From a bacterium (GTDB taxonomy: Bacteria; UBA10199; 2-02-FULL-44-16; JAAZCA01), in contig CAXXGI010000001.1 in the NCBI GenBank assembly GCA_963674695.2, positions 608,001 through 672,000 on the forward strand: 64,000 bases of DNA, in the 5' to 3' direction. Made by a program: the position numbers and the translations under genes. Every line of letters starts with the position of its first letter. The first letter of the stretch is position 1. This document shows, in pieces, positions 38,299-48,341 of this stretch. The notes beneath the pieces are model-generated. The model searched no databases and was not told where the DNA came from. It worked only from the letters and a program-made list of their open reading frames with translations.

Positions 38299-39774
38299 TT
38301 ACGCCAATCGCGCCAGCTGCTCGATGAAATTCTCGCCCCAGCGATAAATATTGTGCTCGGCCACGACCTCGCGCATGCGCTTCATGCGCTCGCGACACTC
38401 CTCCTCGGTCATCGTGGAAGCAGCGAAGAGCGCGTCGGCAAACTGTTCCCGATCGAACGGATTGAAGATGATCGCCCCCTCCTCGAGCTCGCGCGCCGCG
38501 CCCGTGAACTGCGAGAGCAACAACACGCCATCCTCGTCCGTCTTGCTCGAGACGAACTCCTTGGCGACCAGGTTCATGCCGTCGTGCACGGAGCTGACCA
38601 CGCAGATCTGGGCCATGCGATAAAGGGCGAGCACCTCCGGATAGGTCAGATTTCGGCGCAACAGGACGATGGGCTGCCAGGAATCAGTGGCATACCGCCA
38701 GTTGATGTCGTCGACGAGCGAATTGATCTCGTCGTTGAGATCCTTATAGAGGCGAATGCGAATGCGCGAGAGCGCTCCGAGCTGCACGAAGATGAACTGC
38801 TCGATCATCTGCGGATACTTCTCCAAAAACCGATCGATCGCGCGCAGCCGCTCGGGAATCCCCTTCGTATAGTCGAGACGATCGACGCCGATGGCCATGA
38901 TGGAATACGTCTCCGGAAGCGCCTCCGTGGCCGCGCGCACCACCTCGTTATCCGTAAAATCCTGCTGCGCATCCTTCCCGATCTGCTCAAAATCGACGCT
39001 GATCGGAAAGGGCAACACCTTGGTCCCCACGCCGCCGTGATGATAGATCGTGGAGCGCTCGCGATCGATGCGCACCTCGATCGACTGATCGACCGTATTG
39101 AGAAAATTGTCGGCATGCATCTGGATGTGAAACCCGATCAGGTCGCTGCCCAAGAGCCCTTCGAGGATTTCGCGCACCCAGGGACAGATACGAAAGATCT
39201 CCGGGTTGGGCCAGGGGATGTGCCAAAAATGCGCAACCATCAGATCGGGGCGTTTTTCTTTCAGCATGCGCGGCAGGAGCGCGAAGTGAAAGTCCTGCAC
39301 CCAGATAAACGCGCGGCGATCGCCCACCTCGTCGAGGATGGCGTCGGCAAAGCGCTGATTGACCCGCCGATACATCTCCCAATCGTGAACATCGAACGTG
39401 GGCCGCGCGAACGCCACATGACAGAGCGGCCACAAGGTCCCGTTGGCAAAGCCGAGATAGTAGCCGCGTTCCTCCTCCTTGGAGAGCCAAACGCGCTTGA
39501 GCGTATAGAGATCCTCGCCCGGCGGAACCGGCACGCAGTCATTGCCATCGACCACCTTGCGATCGGCGTTGCCCGCGCCGTGGGCCACCCACAGACCGTG
39601 GCTCGCGCGCAGCATCGGATCCATGGCGGTCACCAACCCCGAGGCCGGCTTGTTGACGATCACCTTCCCCTCGCGCCAGATGTGCATATAGGGCTCGCGG
39701 TTGGAGACCACGACGAACAGGTCGTCGCCAATCTTCTCCTTGATCGCCTTCTGAATCGTCTTTTCGGTGAACAT
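38299..39774 (-). CDS. otsA: trehalose-6-phosphate synthase (GT20)
   Basis: VSNREP, LWPLCH, HIPWP, VDRLDYTKGI, DGMNLVAKE. Confidence 0.96.
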   Translation of the reverse strand: MFTEKTIQKAIKEKIGDDLFVVVSNREPYMHIWREGKVIVNKPASGLVTAMDPMLRASHGLWVAHGAGNADRKVVDGNDCVPVPPGEDLYTLKRVWLSKEEERGYYLGFANGTLWPLCHVAFARPTFDVHDWEMYRRVNQRFADAILDEVGDRRAFIWVQDFHFALLPRMLKEKRPDLMVAHFWHIPWPNPEIFRICPWVREILEGLLGSDLIGFHIQMHADNFLNTVDQSIEVRIDRERSTIYHHGGVGTKVLPFPISVDFEQIGKDAQQDFTDNEVVRAATEALPETYSIMAIGVDRLDYTKGIPERLRAIDRFLEKYPQMIEQFIFVQLGALSRIRIRLYKDLNDEINSLVDDINWRYATDSWQPIVLLRRNLTYPEVLALYRMAQICVVSSVHDGMNLVAKEFVSSKTDEDGVLLLSQFTGAARELEEGAIIFNPFDREQFADALFAASTMTEEECRERMKRMREVVAEHNIYRWGENFIEQLARLA

Positions 39775-40018
39775 AGGGGACACCTCTGAGTTCGGTAAAC
39801 GGCGGGATCAATCCAAACGCGCGCGCAGTGTACGGGAAAACCCACCCATGGTCAAGGAGGCCATCCCCTTAAACCGTTGCGGAATCAAGCTGTTAGCCCA
39901 TCACCATCCGCCGATGCCCTGCATGCGGAAAGCGCGCAAAAGAGAGATCCACAACAATTGACGGCGTGCCCCCGCTTCGTTAGAAAGACGTACCACACCT
40001 ACTCAGGAGGCCAACGCC

Positions 40019-41317
40019 ATGACGCTCTATTCCGATCGCACCGGACGCATCGATACCGAAAACGCCTTCAAGGTCGGCCCCTACATTGTCGAAGTCGAGA
40101 AAGCCGGAAAACGCGTAATCAAGTGCAACCTGGGCGAACCCGACTTTGCGCTGCCCCGCCATATCGCCGAGGCAGTGAAGAAAGCGATCGACGAGGACAT
40201 GACCCACTACTGCGATCCGCAGGGCATCCTGCCGCTGCGCGAGGCGATCGCCAAGGATGTGGGCGAGCGACGGGGACTCAACATCACGCCCGACCGCGTG
40301 GTCGTCTTTCCCGGCGGAAAACCGCCGATCGGGCTCTGCCAGCAGACCTACTGCAATCCGGGCGACGAGATCATCTATCCGAGCCCAGGCTTTCCGATCT
40401 ACGAATCGTTCATCCCCTACCTCGAGGCCACACCCGTGCCGCTGCACCTGAAAGAGGAATCCGGTTTCTCCTTCACCGGCGCCGAACTCGAACCGCTGCT
40501 CTCCAACAAGACCAAACTCATCTACATCAACTTCCCTTCGAACCCGACCGGCGGTGTGGCCACACGCGAACAGCTCGAGGGAATCGCCGAAGTCATCCGG
40601 AAGAAGGCGCAGCAGAACGTGCGCATCTATGCCGACGAGATCTACGAGAACATCCTCTTTGACGGCAGCCAGCACCACTCGATCGCTTCGCTCCCCGACA
40701 TGGAGGAGCGAACGGTCATCGTCTCGGGCGTGTCGAAGAGCTATTCCTGGACGGGCGGGCGCGTCGGCTGGGCCGTCTTTCCGACCGCCGCTGAAGCTCA
40801 AGTTTTCAAGAACCTCAACATCAACTACTTCTCCTGCATCCCGGCCTACAACCAGATGGGAGCCAAGACCGCCATCGAGTCGCCTGAGAGCAAACCCGCG
40901 ATCGCCAAGATGGTCGCCGCCTTTCAGGAACGCCGTGATGTGGTCGTGGCCGCGCTCAACGCAATCGACGGCATCACCTGCCAATTGCCGAAGGGCGCCT
41001 TCTACGTCTTCCCGAACATCGGGGGCGTCTGTGAATCGCTCGGCGCCGTCGAAGCCTACATGAACCTCCCCCAAGAGGTGAAAGCGAAGACGAGCCCCTC
41101 CACGCTCTTCCAGATGTTTCTGCTCTTCCGGTATCAGGTCGCCACGATGGACCGCAAGTCGTTCGGCCGCATCGGCACGGAAGGCAAACATTTCCTGCGC
41201 ATCTCGATCGCCACGGGGATCGATGATCTCAAGGCCGGCATGGAGCAGATCGCAAAGGCCGCCAAAGATCGCGAAGGCTTCGCCGCGTTTGTGAAGGAAG
41301 GAAAGCGGCTCAACTAA
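40019..41317 (+). CDS. PLP-dependent aminotransferase class I/II
   Basis: LGEPDF, NFPSNPTG, DEIYE, SKSYSWTGGRVG. Confidence 0.93.
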   Translation: MTLYSDRTGRIDTENAFKVGPYIVEVEKAGKRVIKCNLGEPDFALPRHIAEAVKKAIDEDMTHYCDPQGILPLREAIAKDVGERRGLNITPDRVVVFPGGKPPIGLCQQTYCNPGDEIIYPSPGFPIYESFIPYLEATPVPLHLKEESGFSFTGAELEPLLSNKTKLIYINFPSNPTGGVATREQLEGIAEVIRKKAQQNVRIYADEIYENILFDGSQHHSIASLPDMEERTVIVSGVSKSYSWTGGRVGWAVFPTAAEAQVFKNLNINYFSCIPAYNQMGAKTAIESPESKPAIAKMVAAFQERRDVVVAALNAIDGITCQLPKGAFYVFPNIGGVCESLGAVEAYMNLPQEVKAKTSPSTLFQMFLLFRYQVATMDRKSFGRIGTEGKHFLRISIATGIDDLKAGMEQIAKAAKDREGFAAFVKEGKRLN

Positions 41318-41333
41318 ACGAAACTACCGAAAT

Positions 41334-41403
41334 TTGTCATCCTGAGCGAAGCGAAGGATCTCCAGAAAAACCAAGGGATCCTTCGCTTCGCTCAGGATGA
41401 CAA
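41334..41403. repeat. REP-like inverted doublet (GTCATCCTGAGCGAAGCGAAGGATC type)
   Basis: near-perfect inverted arms between two co-oriented genes. Confidence 0.88.
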
Positions 41404-41423
41404 TGCGAAAAAAGGAGAACCCC

Positions 41424-43778
41424 ATGGCATTCACGTTTGGACCACGACGCGGCACCTACACCGACATCACCACCGAGATGAAACAGGACCCGCTGTCCAA
41501 GGAGGAACTGGCCGCTTTTGAGACGCTCGACCGCGTCTACCGCTCGCTCTGTGCGGTGATGTATAACTACGTCCCGACCTCGGGCCATCCGGGCGGTTCG
41601 ATCAGCTCGGGTCGGTTCGTATCGGCACTCCTCTTCGACACGATGGACTATGACGCCTCCGACCCCGATCGCGTAGACGCCGACATCATCTCCTACGGAG
41701 CCGGACACAAGGCGCTCGGGCTCTATGCGATGTGGGCCCTGCGCAACGAAATCATGCGCATCGCCGAACCCGATCTCCTGCCCAAGAACGAACACCTGCA
41801 GCTGCGGCTCGAAGATCTGCTCGGTTTTCGGCGCAACCCCGTGACCGACACGCCGCTCTTTACGAAGTTCCACGCCAAGCCGCTCGACGGACATCCCACA
41901 CCGGCCACGCCGTTTGTGAAACTCTCCACCGGTGCCTCGGGCGTGGGGGTCGCCGCATCGCTCGGGCTCGCCTTCGGCGCGCACGACACCTTCGGCGCCG
42001 CCGCTCCGCGCGTGCACATCGTCGAGGGCGAAGGCGGCATGACGCCCGGACGCGTGGCGGAAGCCATGGCCTCGGCGGGCACCACCTCGCTCGGCAATGC
42101 CCTGATGCACATCGACTGGAACCAGGCCTCGATCGATTCCAACCAGGTCTGCCGCGACGGCAACACCCCCGGCGACTACGTCCAGTGGACCCCCGCGGAG
42201 CTCGCCTACTTGAACGACTGGAACGTCGTCTTCGTCCCCGACGGCAAGGACTTCCAGCAGGTCGTGGCCGCTCAACGCTACGCCGCGTCCCTGCACAACG
42301 GCCAGCCGACCGCCATCGTCTACCGCACGATCAAGGGATGGCAGTACGGCATCGAAGGACGCTTGAGTCACGGCGCCGGCCACAAGATGTGTTCGGGCGG
42401 TTTCTATGAAGCAATCGCCCCGCTGGTGAAGGATGTCTCGAAGGCGATGCCGAAGTGCAAAGCCAATGCCACCCGGTGCAAGAACGGCACGAACATGGCC
42501 GTCGTCGAAGAGTGTTTCTGGGAAGCATTGCAGATCGTGCGCAATGCCCTCGAAGAGAACCGCACCGCCGTGGATCTGATCGCGGGGCGCATCGCGAAAT
42601 CGCGCGAGCGGTTGAGCGCCCTGCAGCGCACCCCGCGCGATGGCGCCCCCACGATCGAGGCAATCTACGATACGGTGAAGGCAGAGGCCAAAACAACACC
42701 CAAGGAATTGCATCTCGAACCGGGCACGAAGGAGACGCTGCGCGGCGCACTGGGCAAGGCCCTCAATTATCTCAACGCAAAATCCGGCGGGGCAATCCTC
42801 TCCGCATCGGCCGACCTCCTCGGTTCGACGAGTGTGAACACCGTAGCGGCGGGATTCCCTGAGGGGTTCTACAACGCCGAGTTAAACCCCAAGGCACGTC
42901 TGCTCTCCATCGGCGGCATCTGCGAAGACGCCATCTGCGGCGTGCTCGCGGGGCTGTCCACCTACGGCCATCACATCGGCGTTGGTTCCTCCTACGGCGC
43001 CTTTATCGCGCCACTGGGCCACATCGCCGCACGCCTGCATGCCATCGGCAACCAGGCGCGACAGGAGATCGCCAAGGATCCGTACAAACCCTTCATCATG
43101 ATCTGCGCGCACGCGGGGCTCAAAACCGGCGAGGATGGTCCGACGCACGCCGACCCGCAGGCGCTGCAACTGTTGCAGGAGGATTTTCCGCTCGGAACCG
43201 CCATCACGCTCACGCCGTGGGATCCGCAGGAGGTCTGGCCACTCATTGCCACCGCGATTGCAAAACGCCCCGCCGTGATCGCGCCGTTTGTCACGCGTCC
43301 GAGTGAACCGATCCTCGACCGCAAGGCGATGGGGCTCCCCGATGCACACGCCGCCATCACCGGCGTCTATGCCCTACGCACCGCCAAGGGCAAAGGCGAC
43401 GGAACGGTGGTCCTGCAGGGTTCGGGCGTCACCTACGACTTCCTCCAGACCGCACTGCCCTCATTGGAGAAAGCCGGCGTGGACTTAAACCTCTACTATG
43501 TCGCCAGCGCGGAAATCTTCGATCTGCTCCCCGCCTCCGAACGCGAGAAGATCTTCCCGGAGGCGCATGCGATGGAGGCGATGGGGATCACGGGGTTTAC
43601 GCTGCCGACGATGTTTCGGTGGATTCGCTCCGACTATGGACGCGAAATGACGCTCTCGCCCTTCAAGAAGAACCACTACCTGGGTTCAGGTCAAGCCGAA
43701 GCGGTCCTCACCCAGGCGGGCCTCGACGGCGAAAGCCAGTTCAAGTCGATCATGCGGTATGTGCAGGAAAAGAAATAA
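41424..43778 (+). CDS. transketolase-like TPP enzyme (long, atypical)
   Basis: SGHPGGS, GHPTP, STGASG, EGEGG in place of GDG, SADL..S, GEDGPTH. Confidence 0.88.
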   Translation: MAFTFGPRRGTYTDITTEMKQDPLSKEELAAFETLDRVYRSLCAVMYNYVPTSGHPGGSISSGRFVSALLFDTMDYDASDPDRVDADIISYGAGHKALGLYAMWALRNEIMRIAEPDLLPKNEHLQLRLEDLLGFRRNPVTDTPLFTKFHAKPLDGHPTPATPFVKLSTGASGVGVAASLGLAFGAHDTFGAAAPRVHIVEGEGGMTPGRVAEAMASAGTTSLGNALMHIDWNQASIDSNQVCRDGNTPGDYVQWTPAELAYLNDWNVVFVPDGKDFQQVVAAQRYAASLHNGQPTAIVYRTIKGWQYGIEGRLSHGAGHKMCSGGFYEAIAPLVKDVSKAMPKCKANATRCKNGTNMAVVEECFWEALQIVRNALEENRTAVDLIAGRIAKSRERLSALQRTPRDGAPTIEAIYDTVKAEAKTTPKELHLEPGTKETLRGALGKALNYLNAKSGGAILSASADLLGSTSVNTVAAGFPEGFYNAELNPKARLLSIGGICEDAICGVLAGLSTYGHHIGVGSSYGAFIAPLGHIAARLHAIGNQARQEIAKDPYKPFIMICAHAGLKTGEDGPTHADPQALQLLQEDFPLGTAITLTPWDPQEVWPLIATAIAKRPAVIAPFVTRPSEPILDRKAMGLPDAHAAITGVYALRTAKGKGDGTVVLQGSGVTYDFLQTALPSLEKAGVDLNLYYVASAEIFDLLPASEREKIFPEAHAMEAMGITGFTLPTMFRWIRSDYGREMTLSPFKKNHYLGSGQAEAVLTQAGLDGESQFKSIMRYVQEKK

Positions 43779-43806
43779 GAGGGAGAAATAAGGAACGTGA
43801 ACGACG

Positions 43807-43835
43807 ACGGGCTGCCACACGGCAGCCCGTTTTTT
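43807..43835 (+). terminator. intrinsic terminator
   Basis: ACGGGCTGCC-ACAC-GGCAGCCCGTTTTTT. Confidence 0.85.
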
Positions 43836-43854
43836 ATATATGCTCTTTACCGAT

Positions 43855-45657
43855 TCAAACCGAAGCGCGTCGACGAACCCGCATCACAAAGAGGACCTGC
43901 AGGGCGATGAGGAGAAAGAACCATGCGGGAATGGCATCGGCTCGATGCGCGGATGAAACCGGCACCATCTGATTCCGACAGCCCCCGCCACCCATGGACC
44001 AGTTGGAACCGTAGGCAATCACATCCATCGAAGGGGCTTCCGCGTCATCGCCATCGGAGGGGGCATCGCCCTCCCCCGCCTCGGATGCCGCCGTGCTGTC
44101 ATCATCATCGCCGCCGGACGCCGAAGCGGTTGTCTCGCCAAAGATGACGACCGGACCCAAAAGTGGTTCAGCCAGCGCCACGACCAGATCGCCCGAATAG
44201 GCCCCGACGCCAACGACATCCGCTTCATCCGCCAGTGCCGCGATGATCGTGTCATCAGCAGCGACATTTGCGGCCGGTTCGGCGACGACGATCCAGATGG
44301 CGGAGGAGGAGGCCGCGATCGTCTCGGCGAAACCGTCGAATGCAACCGCCGACCCCGCGACGATCTCCTGCGCGATGAGCACATCGTCCGCGCCGAGCAG
44401 GCCGTCGGGCGTTCCCTCCCGATAGAGCGACAGTTGTCGAATTTTGTCCGAAGCCGCCGAACCTCCGAGCCGAATCGTCATCTCCTGTATCGTCACCGCT
44501 TCGATCGCATCGACATCGAGTGCCAACTGCATCAGTACGATCGCGTCCGCATCCAGCGCGACGCGCCGTGATGCGGGCATCGCGGGCCCAGCGACGACCG
44601 CGACGGTCCCCGCCACGTCATCGCCATAGTACCCCAGATGAAAATCCCCGGCATCATCGCGGCCAGCGAACCAGAGTTTGAACTGTGAAGTCTGGCCATG
44701 GCCCGAATAGCGACCTTCATCATAGAGCACCGCCGGTGTATAGGCGCGCTGCGAATGCCACGTGCCCGCATCGAGGGCGATGAAGGGATTGGCGGCATCT
44801 TTGACCCAGACAATGCCGTCGTCAGAGGTGGCATAGCCGACCCCCTCGTCCATGCTCGCCACACCGCCGCTGTACCAGAAGTGAAAGACACCGTCGGCAT
44901 CGCGCACGACATCGCCGAAGCCGGCATAGTCCTCATCCCAGTCGCCCGGGGCACCGCCGCAGGCGAGCACCGGATCGTCGCCGTAGCGCACCCAGTGCAG
45001 ACCGTCGACGGAGTAGCCCAGGCCCACCTGTTCCAGGCCGCCGGTCGTGCCATCATAATACATCACATATTCGTAGCCGAAGGGATCGACACCCGCATTG
45101 GCAGCGCCCGGCTGATAGATCAGATGCACCGGCCCGTAGCTGCCGCGGTTCCAATCGCCCCCGCCGCCGGTAATGATGGGTTTGGCGCCATCCTGCGTCA
45201 GGACCTGATCGTTCACCCAGGTGATGCCGTCGTCGGACTCGGCGGTGCGGATGGCATTGATGCTGTAGAGCTGCGCGGTGTCCCAATACCAGATGCGATA
45301 GAAGGGACCCGCCGCGCCGTCGCCGAAGCCATCGGCATCATAGAGGAGCGTTGCGTGATGGGGATTTGTCAGCCCCACGCAATCGGCACCATCGGTCCAG
45401 GCAATGCCGTCCGATGATGTGGCGCCTCCGATGCCCGTGCCGTCGGAATACCATAAGCGATAGAAGGGACCGGCATCGCCGTTGCCAAAACCATCGGCGT
45501 CGAAAAGGACGGTGGGGTAATAGACACGATCGCCCGGCGGCGCTTCGAAGATGGGATTCGCGGGATCATCCTGCAGATCATCTTGCCAATCGGCACTCGC
45601 CGAAGAGGCGAACAGGAGGATCATCGCGATAAGCGCTATGGATCCAAAACGCTTCAT
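43855..45657 (-). CDS. secreted beta-propeller (glycosidase-like, SxDGxxW repeats) protein with GGGGC-TM-RRR tail
   Basis: signal peptide; repeated SSDGIAW/SDDGITW/SVDGLHW; tail MGGGGC...TM...RRR. Confidence 0.85.
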   Translation of the reverse strand: MKRFGSIALIAMILLFASSASADWQDDLQDDPANPIFEAPPGDRVYYPTVLFDADGFGNGDAGPFYRLWYSDGTGIGGATSSDGIAWTDGADCVGLTNPHHATLLYDADGFGDGAAGPFYRIWYWDTAQLYSINAIRTAESDDGITWVNDQVLTQDGAKPIITGGGGDWNRGSYGPVHLIYQPGAANAGVDPFGYEYVMYYDGTTGGLEQVGLGYSVDGLHWVRYGDDPVLACGGAPGDWDEDYAGFGDVVRDADGVFHFWYSGGVASMDEGVGYATSDDGIVWVKDAANPFIALDAGTWHSQRAYTPAVLYDEGRYSGHGQTSQFKLWFAGRDDAGDFHLGYYGDDVAGTVAVVAGPAMPASRRVALDADAIVLMQLALDVDAIEAVTIQEMTIRLGGSAASDKIRQLSLYREGTPDGLLGADDVLIAQEIVAGSAVAFDGFAETIAASSSAIWIVVAEPAANVAADDTIIAALADEADVVGVGAYSGDLVVALAEPLLGPVVIFGETTASASGGDDDDSTAASEAGEGDAPSDGDDAEAPSMDVIAYGSNWSMGGGGCRNQMVPVSSAHRADAIPAWFFLLIALQVLFVMRVRRRASV

Positions 45658-45855
45658 GCCCAAAGGCATAGTCCGAGTTGACCCCCATCCGCAATCACTT
45701 TATCCACAGGCTGCACAAAAGTTGGTCACATAAGGACGCCACGGAGAATAAATCGAATCATTTCAATGGACTTCTGTCGTCACCCCATCCGATGGCAATA
45801 ACGAATTCCGCCGGGCCACCTTGACGAACCCTCTGGGATCCATAGAGTGAGGCCT

Positions 45856-46800
45856 ATGCTCAATAACCCCCTTCTGGCCGCGACCTTCATCCTGCTGCTG
45901 CTCACCGCTTCCGCGCAAGCAGCCTCACCCCCACCGACGGTGCGTTACGTCCACCATGGCGATGGGCAGCTCACGCTTTCGACGAACAAGTCGAAGGCGA
46001 CCTTCGATGGGCGATTTCGAAATCCCGATGGCACCTATGATGAAGCGGCGTTGGGGAGGATCCACGCCGTCTTCGGGGCGAAATTCACGCCGAAGGATCC
46101 CGTCATCTCACACCGCCTCATCGAATTTTTAGATTTCATCCAGGATCGTTTCGGCCCGAAAAAACGCGTCACGATCGCCTCGGGTTATCGGAGTCCCACG
46201 TACAACACGAACCTGCGCAACCGGGGAAAACTTGCCGCCAAGGCCAGCCTGCATCAATACGGCATGGCCGCCGACATCGTCATGAAAGGCGTCCCCTCGA
46301 AACGCATCTGGGAATTCGTTCAGGAGATCGGCTTCGGAGGCGCGGGCTACTACGGTGGCTCGCTCGTGCATGTCGATGTCGGACCCGCGCGATCCTGGAC
46401 GGCGGCGACCTCCGGAGTCGGCACCGGCATTTCGGATGACAACAAGCTGATCCGGTTCGTGACCGATCGCGACATCTATCTTCCCGGCGAAGGCATTCAG
46501 ATGCGCTTCATCCGGATGACGGCATTCCCGATCGGCGTCGACGCCACCTTCATCCTGGAACGACAGCACAAAGAGGGTGAGTGGAAAGAGGTGAAGGCGT
46601 TCGATCCAACATTTGCCATCGGGACCAATGGCGCGAAGTGCCCACAGTTCGGCAACATCGATGAAATGCGATCCATCCGTTGGATCATCCCGAGCAAACT
46701 CAAGGGCGGCACCTACCGCGTACGCGCGACCTTCTGCGACAGCCCCTGGCCCGAGATGCCCGAGGCGATTGAAACACCTCCATTCGAGGTCCAATCGTGA
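45856..46800 (+). CDS. YcbK/DUF882 (peptidase M15A-like) protein
   Basis: SGYRSP..N, SLHQYGMAAD, VHVDVG. Confidence 0.88.
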   Translation: MLNNPLLAATFILLLLTASAQAASPPPTVRYVHHGDGQLTLSTNKSKATFDGRFRNPDGTYDEAALGRIHAVFGAKFTPKDPVISHRLIEFLDFIQDRFGPKKRVTIASGYRSPTYNTNLRNRGKLAAKASLHQYGMAADIVMKGVPSKRIWEFVQEIGFGGAGYYGGSLVHVDVGPARSWTAATSGVGTGISDDNKLIRFVTDRDIYLPGEGIQMRFIRMTAFPIGVDATFILERQHKEGEWKEVKAFDPTFAIGTNGAKCPQFGNIDEMRSIRWIIPSKLKGGTYRVRATFCDSPWPEMPEAIETPPFEVQS

Positions 46801-47687
46801 AGAGACCGCGCCGCACCACGACCGGCATCATCCTGATGTGTCTGTCGCAGATCCTCTTCGTCTGCAGCTGGACGACAATCAAGATCGTAGGCCAGCGCCT
46901 GCCGCTCTTTGAGATCATCCTCTTCCGCGCCCTCTTTTCGCTCATCATCCTCGCGCCGCTCACGCACTGGCACATGGGGACCTTTCGCGGCGTCGGATGG
47001 ATCACGATCTTCCTGCGAAGCCTGACCGGCATGGCCGCCATGATTCTGGCCTTCTATGCCATCATCCACATTGAAATCGGCAATGCCTCAACCCTCTTCA
47101 ACACGCTGCCGATCTTCGTGGCGATCCTGGCACCGGCGCTGCTGGGCGAATCCTTCCGATGGATTCAGTTTGCGCTCGTACTCGTCGCGTTCGGCGGCAT
47201 CGCGCTCATCCTCAAGCCCGACGCCGACGTCTTTCAGGGCATATCGCTTTATGCCCTGTTGGCCGGATTTCTCGCTGCGCTCTCCATGATCTGCATCCGA
47301 AGGCTGCGCCGCACCGATTCGGTCCTCACGATCACCTTGCACTTTACGCTCTTCACGTTCGTCGTGAGCCTTCCCTTTGCGATTTCTCATTTCATCTGGC
47401 CGACGCCGAAAGAGTGGGCGCTGCTCATCCTCATCGGCGTCGTCGTCACCTTCGCCCAGATCATGCTCACCCGCGCCTATCATTTCGGGCGCGCCGCGAC
47501 GATCGCGCCATTCAGCTACGTCTCGGTCATCGGCGCCTATGTCGCGGGGCTCCTCTTCTTCAGCGAAATTCCGGACTGGCTCTCGCTCGTCGGCGCCGTA
47601 ATCGTCGTGATCGCCGGCATCGGCGTCATGCTCGCCGCCCCGGCCGAGCAGAAGGTCCCGGGATCCACGCCGGGGGCACGAACATAG
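46797..47687 (+). CDS. DMT/EamA family transporter
   Basis: ~10 TM; FEIILFR, LLGE, IAPFSY. Confidence 0.92.
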   Translation: MKRPRRTTTGIILMCLSQILFVCSWTTIKIVGQRLPLFEIILFRALFSLIILAPLTHWHMGTFRGVGWITIFLRSLTGMAAMILAFYAIIHIEIGNASTLFNTLPIFVAILAPALLGESFRWIQFALVLVAFGGIALILKPDADVFQGISLYALLAGFLAALSMICIRRLRRTDSVLTITLHFTLFTFVVSLPFAISHFIWPTPKEWALLILIGVVVTFAQIMLTRAYHFGRAATIAPFSYVSVIGAYVAGLLFFSEIPDWLSLVGAVIVVIAGIGVMLAAPAEQKVPGSTPGART

Positions 47688-47751
47688 CCCCCTCTCGATC
47701 AACGGCAAAAAAGGCATTGCTTCAGAGACCGATTGTCGTATCCTCAGAGCC

Positions 47752-48330
47752 ATGGACACAGAGAATATACCCCCCTCCGAAACGACACCTGAGGAAACAG
47801 CGCTCAATGCGAGCCGCGAATGTTTTTCTACCCTCATGGAGTATATGCCCATCGGCGTTCAGGGCTACGATAGCGATGGCGTGGTCTTCTTCTGGAATAG
47901 GGCCAGTGAAAAGATCTACGGCTATACGGCTGAGGAAGCTATTGGGCGCAACCTCGGAGACCTGATCATACCGGATGCAATTCAGCCACTTTTTCGGAAA
48001 GGGCTGGCGCTAGGCAAAACACTGACGAAATCAGGCGAGTTTGCACCGGCTGGGGAAGTTGAGCTGAAACGAAAAGATGGCTCGACGGTCTGCATCCATT
48101 CGATTCACACAATCATCTGCCCCGAAGGAGAACCACCACAATTCTACTGCATCGATGTCGACCTCTCCGATCGCAAGAAGGCGGAGGAGACGTTGCGCAG
48201 CAACTTGGAGCAGATCGAAAAACTCAACCAACACATGATCGGCCGTGAGATGCGCATGATCGAACTCAAGCATGAAGTAAACGAACTGCTCAAAAAGCTG
48301 GGGGAAAAATCACGATATATCGATCTATAG
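47752..48330 (+). CDS. stand-alone PAS protein with C-terminal coiled coil
   Basis: FWNRASEKIYGYTAEEAIG, RKDG, DLSDRK, GRExRMIELK.EVN. Confidence 0.85.
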   Translation: MDTENIPPSETTPEETALNASRECFSTLMEYMPIGVQGYDSDGVVFFWNRASEKIYGYTAEEAIGRNLGDLIIPDAIQPLFRKGLALGKTLTKSGEFAPAGEVELKRKDGSTVCIHSIHTIICPEGEPPQFYCIDVDLSDRKKAEETLRSNLEQIEKLNQHMIGREMRMIELKHEVNELLKKLGEKSRYIDL

Positions 48331-48341
48331 AGAGATCCTTC

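Noticed and set aside
16163-45708. Replication origin
   Set aside because: Only two isolated DnaA boxes ~30 kb apart, with no box cluster and no dnaA/dnaN context.
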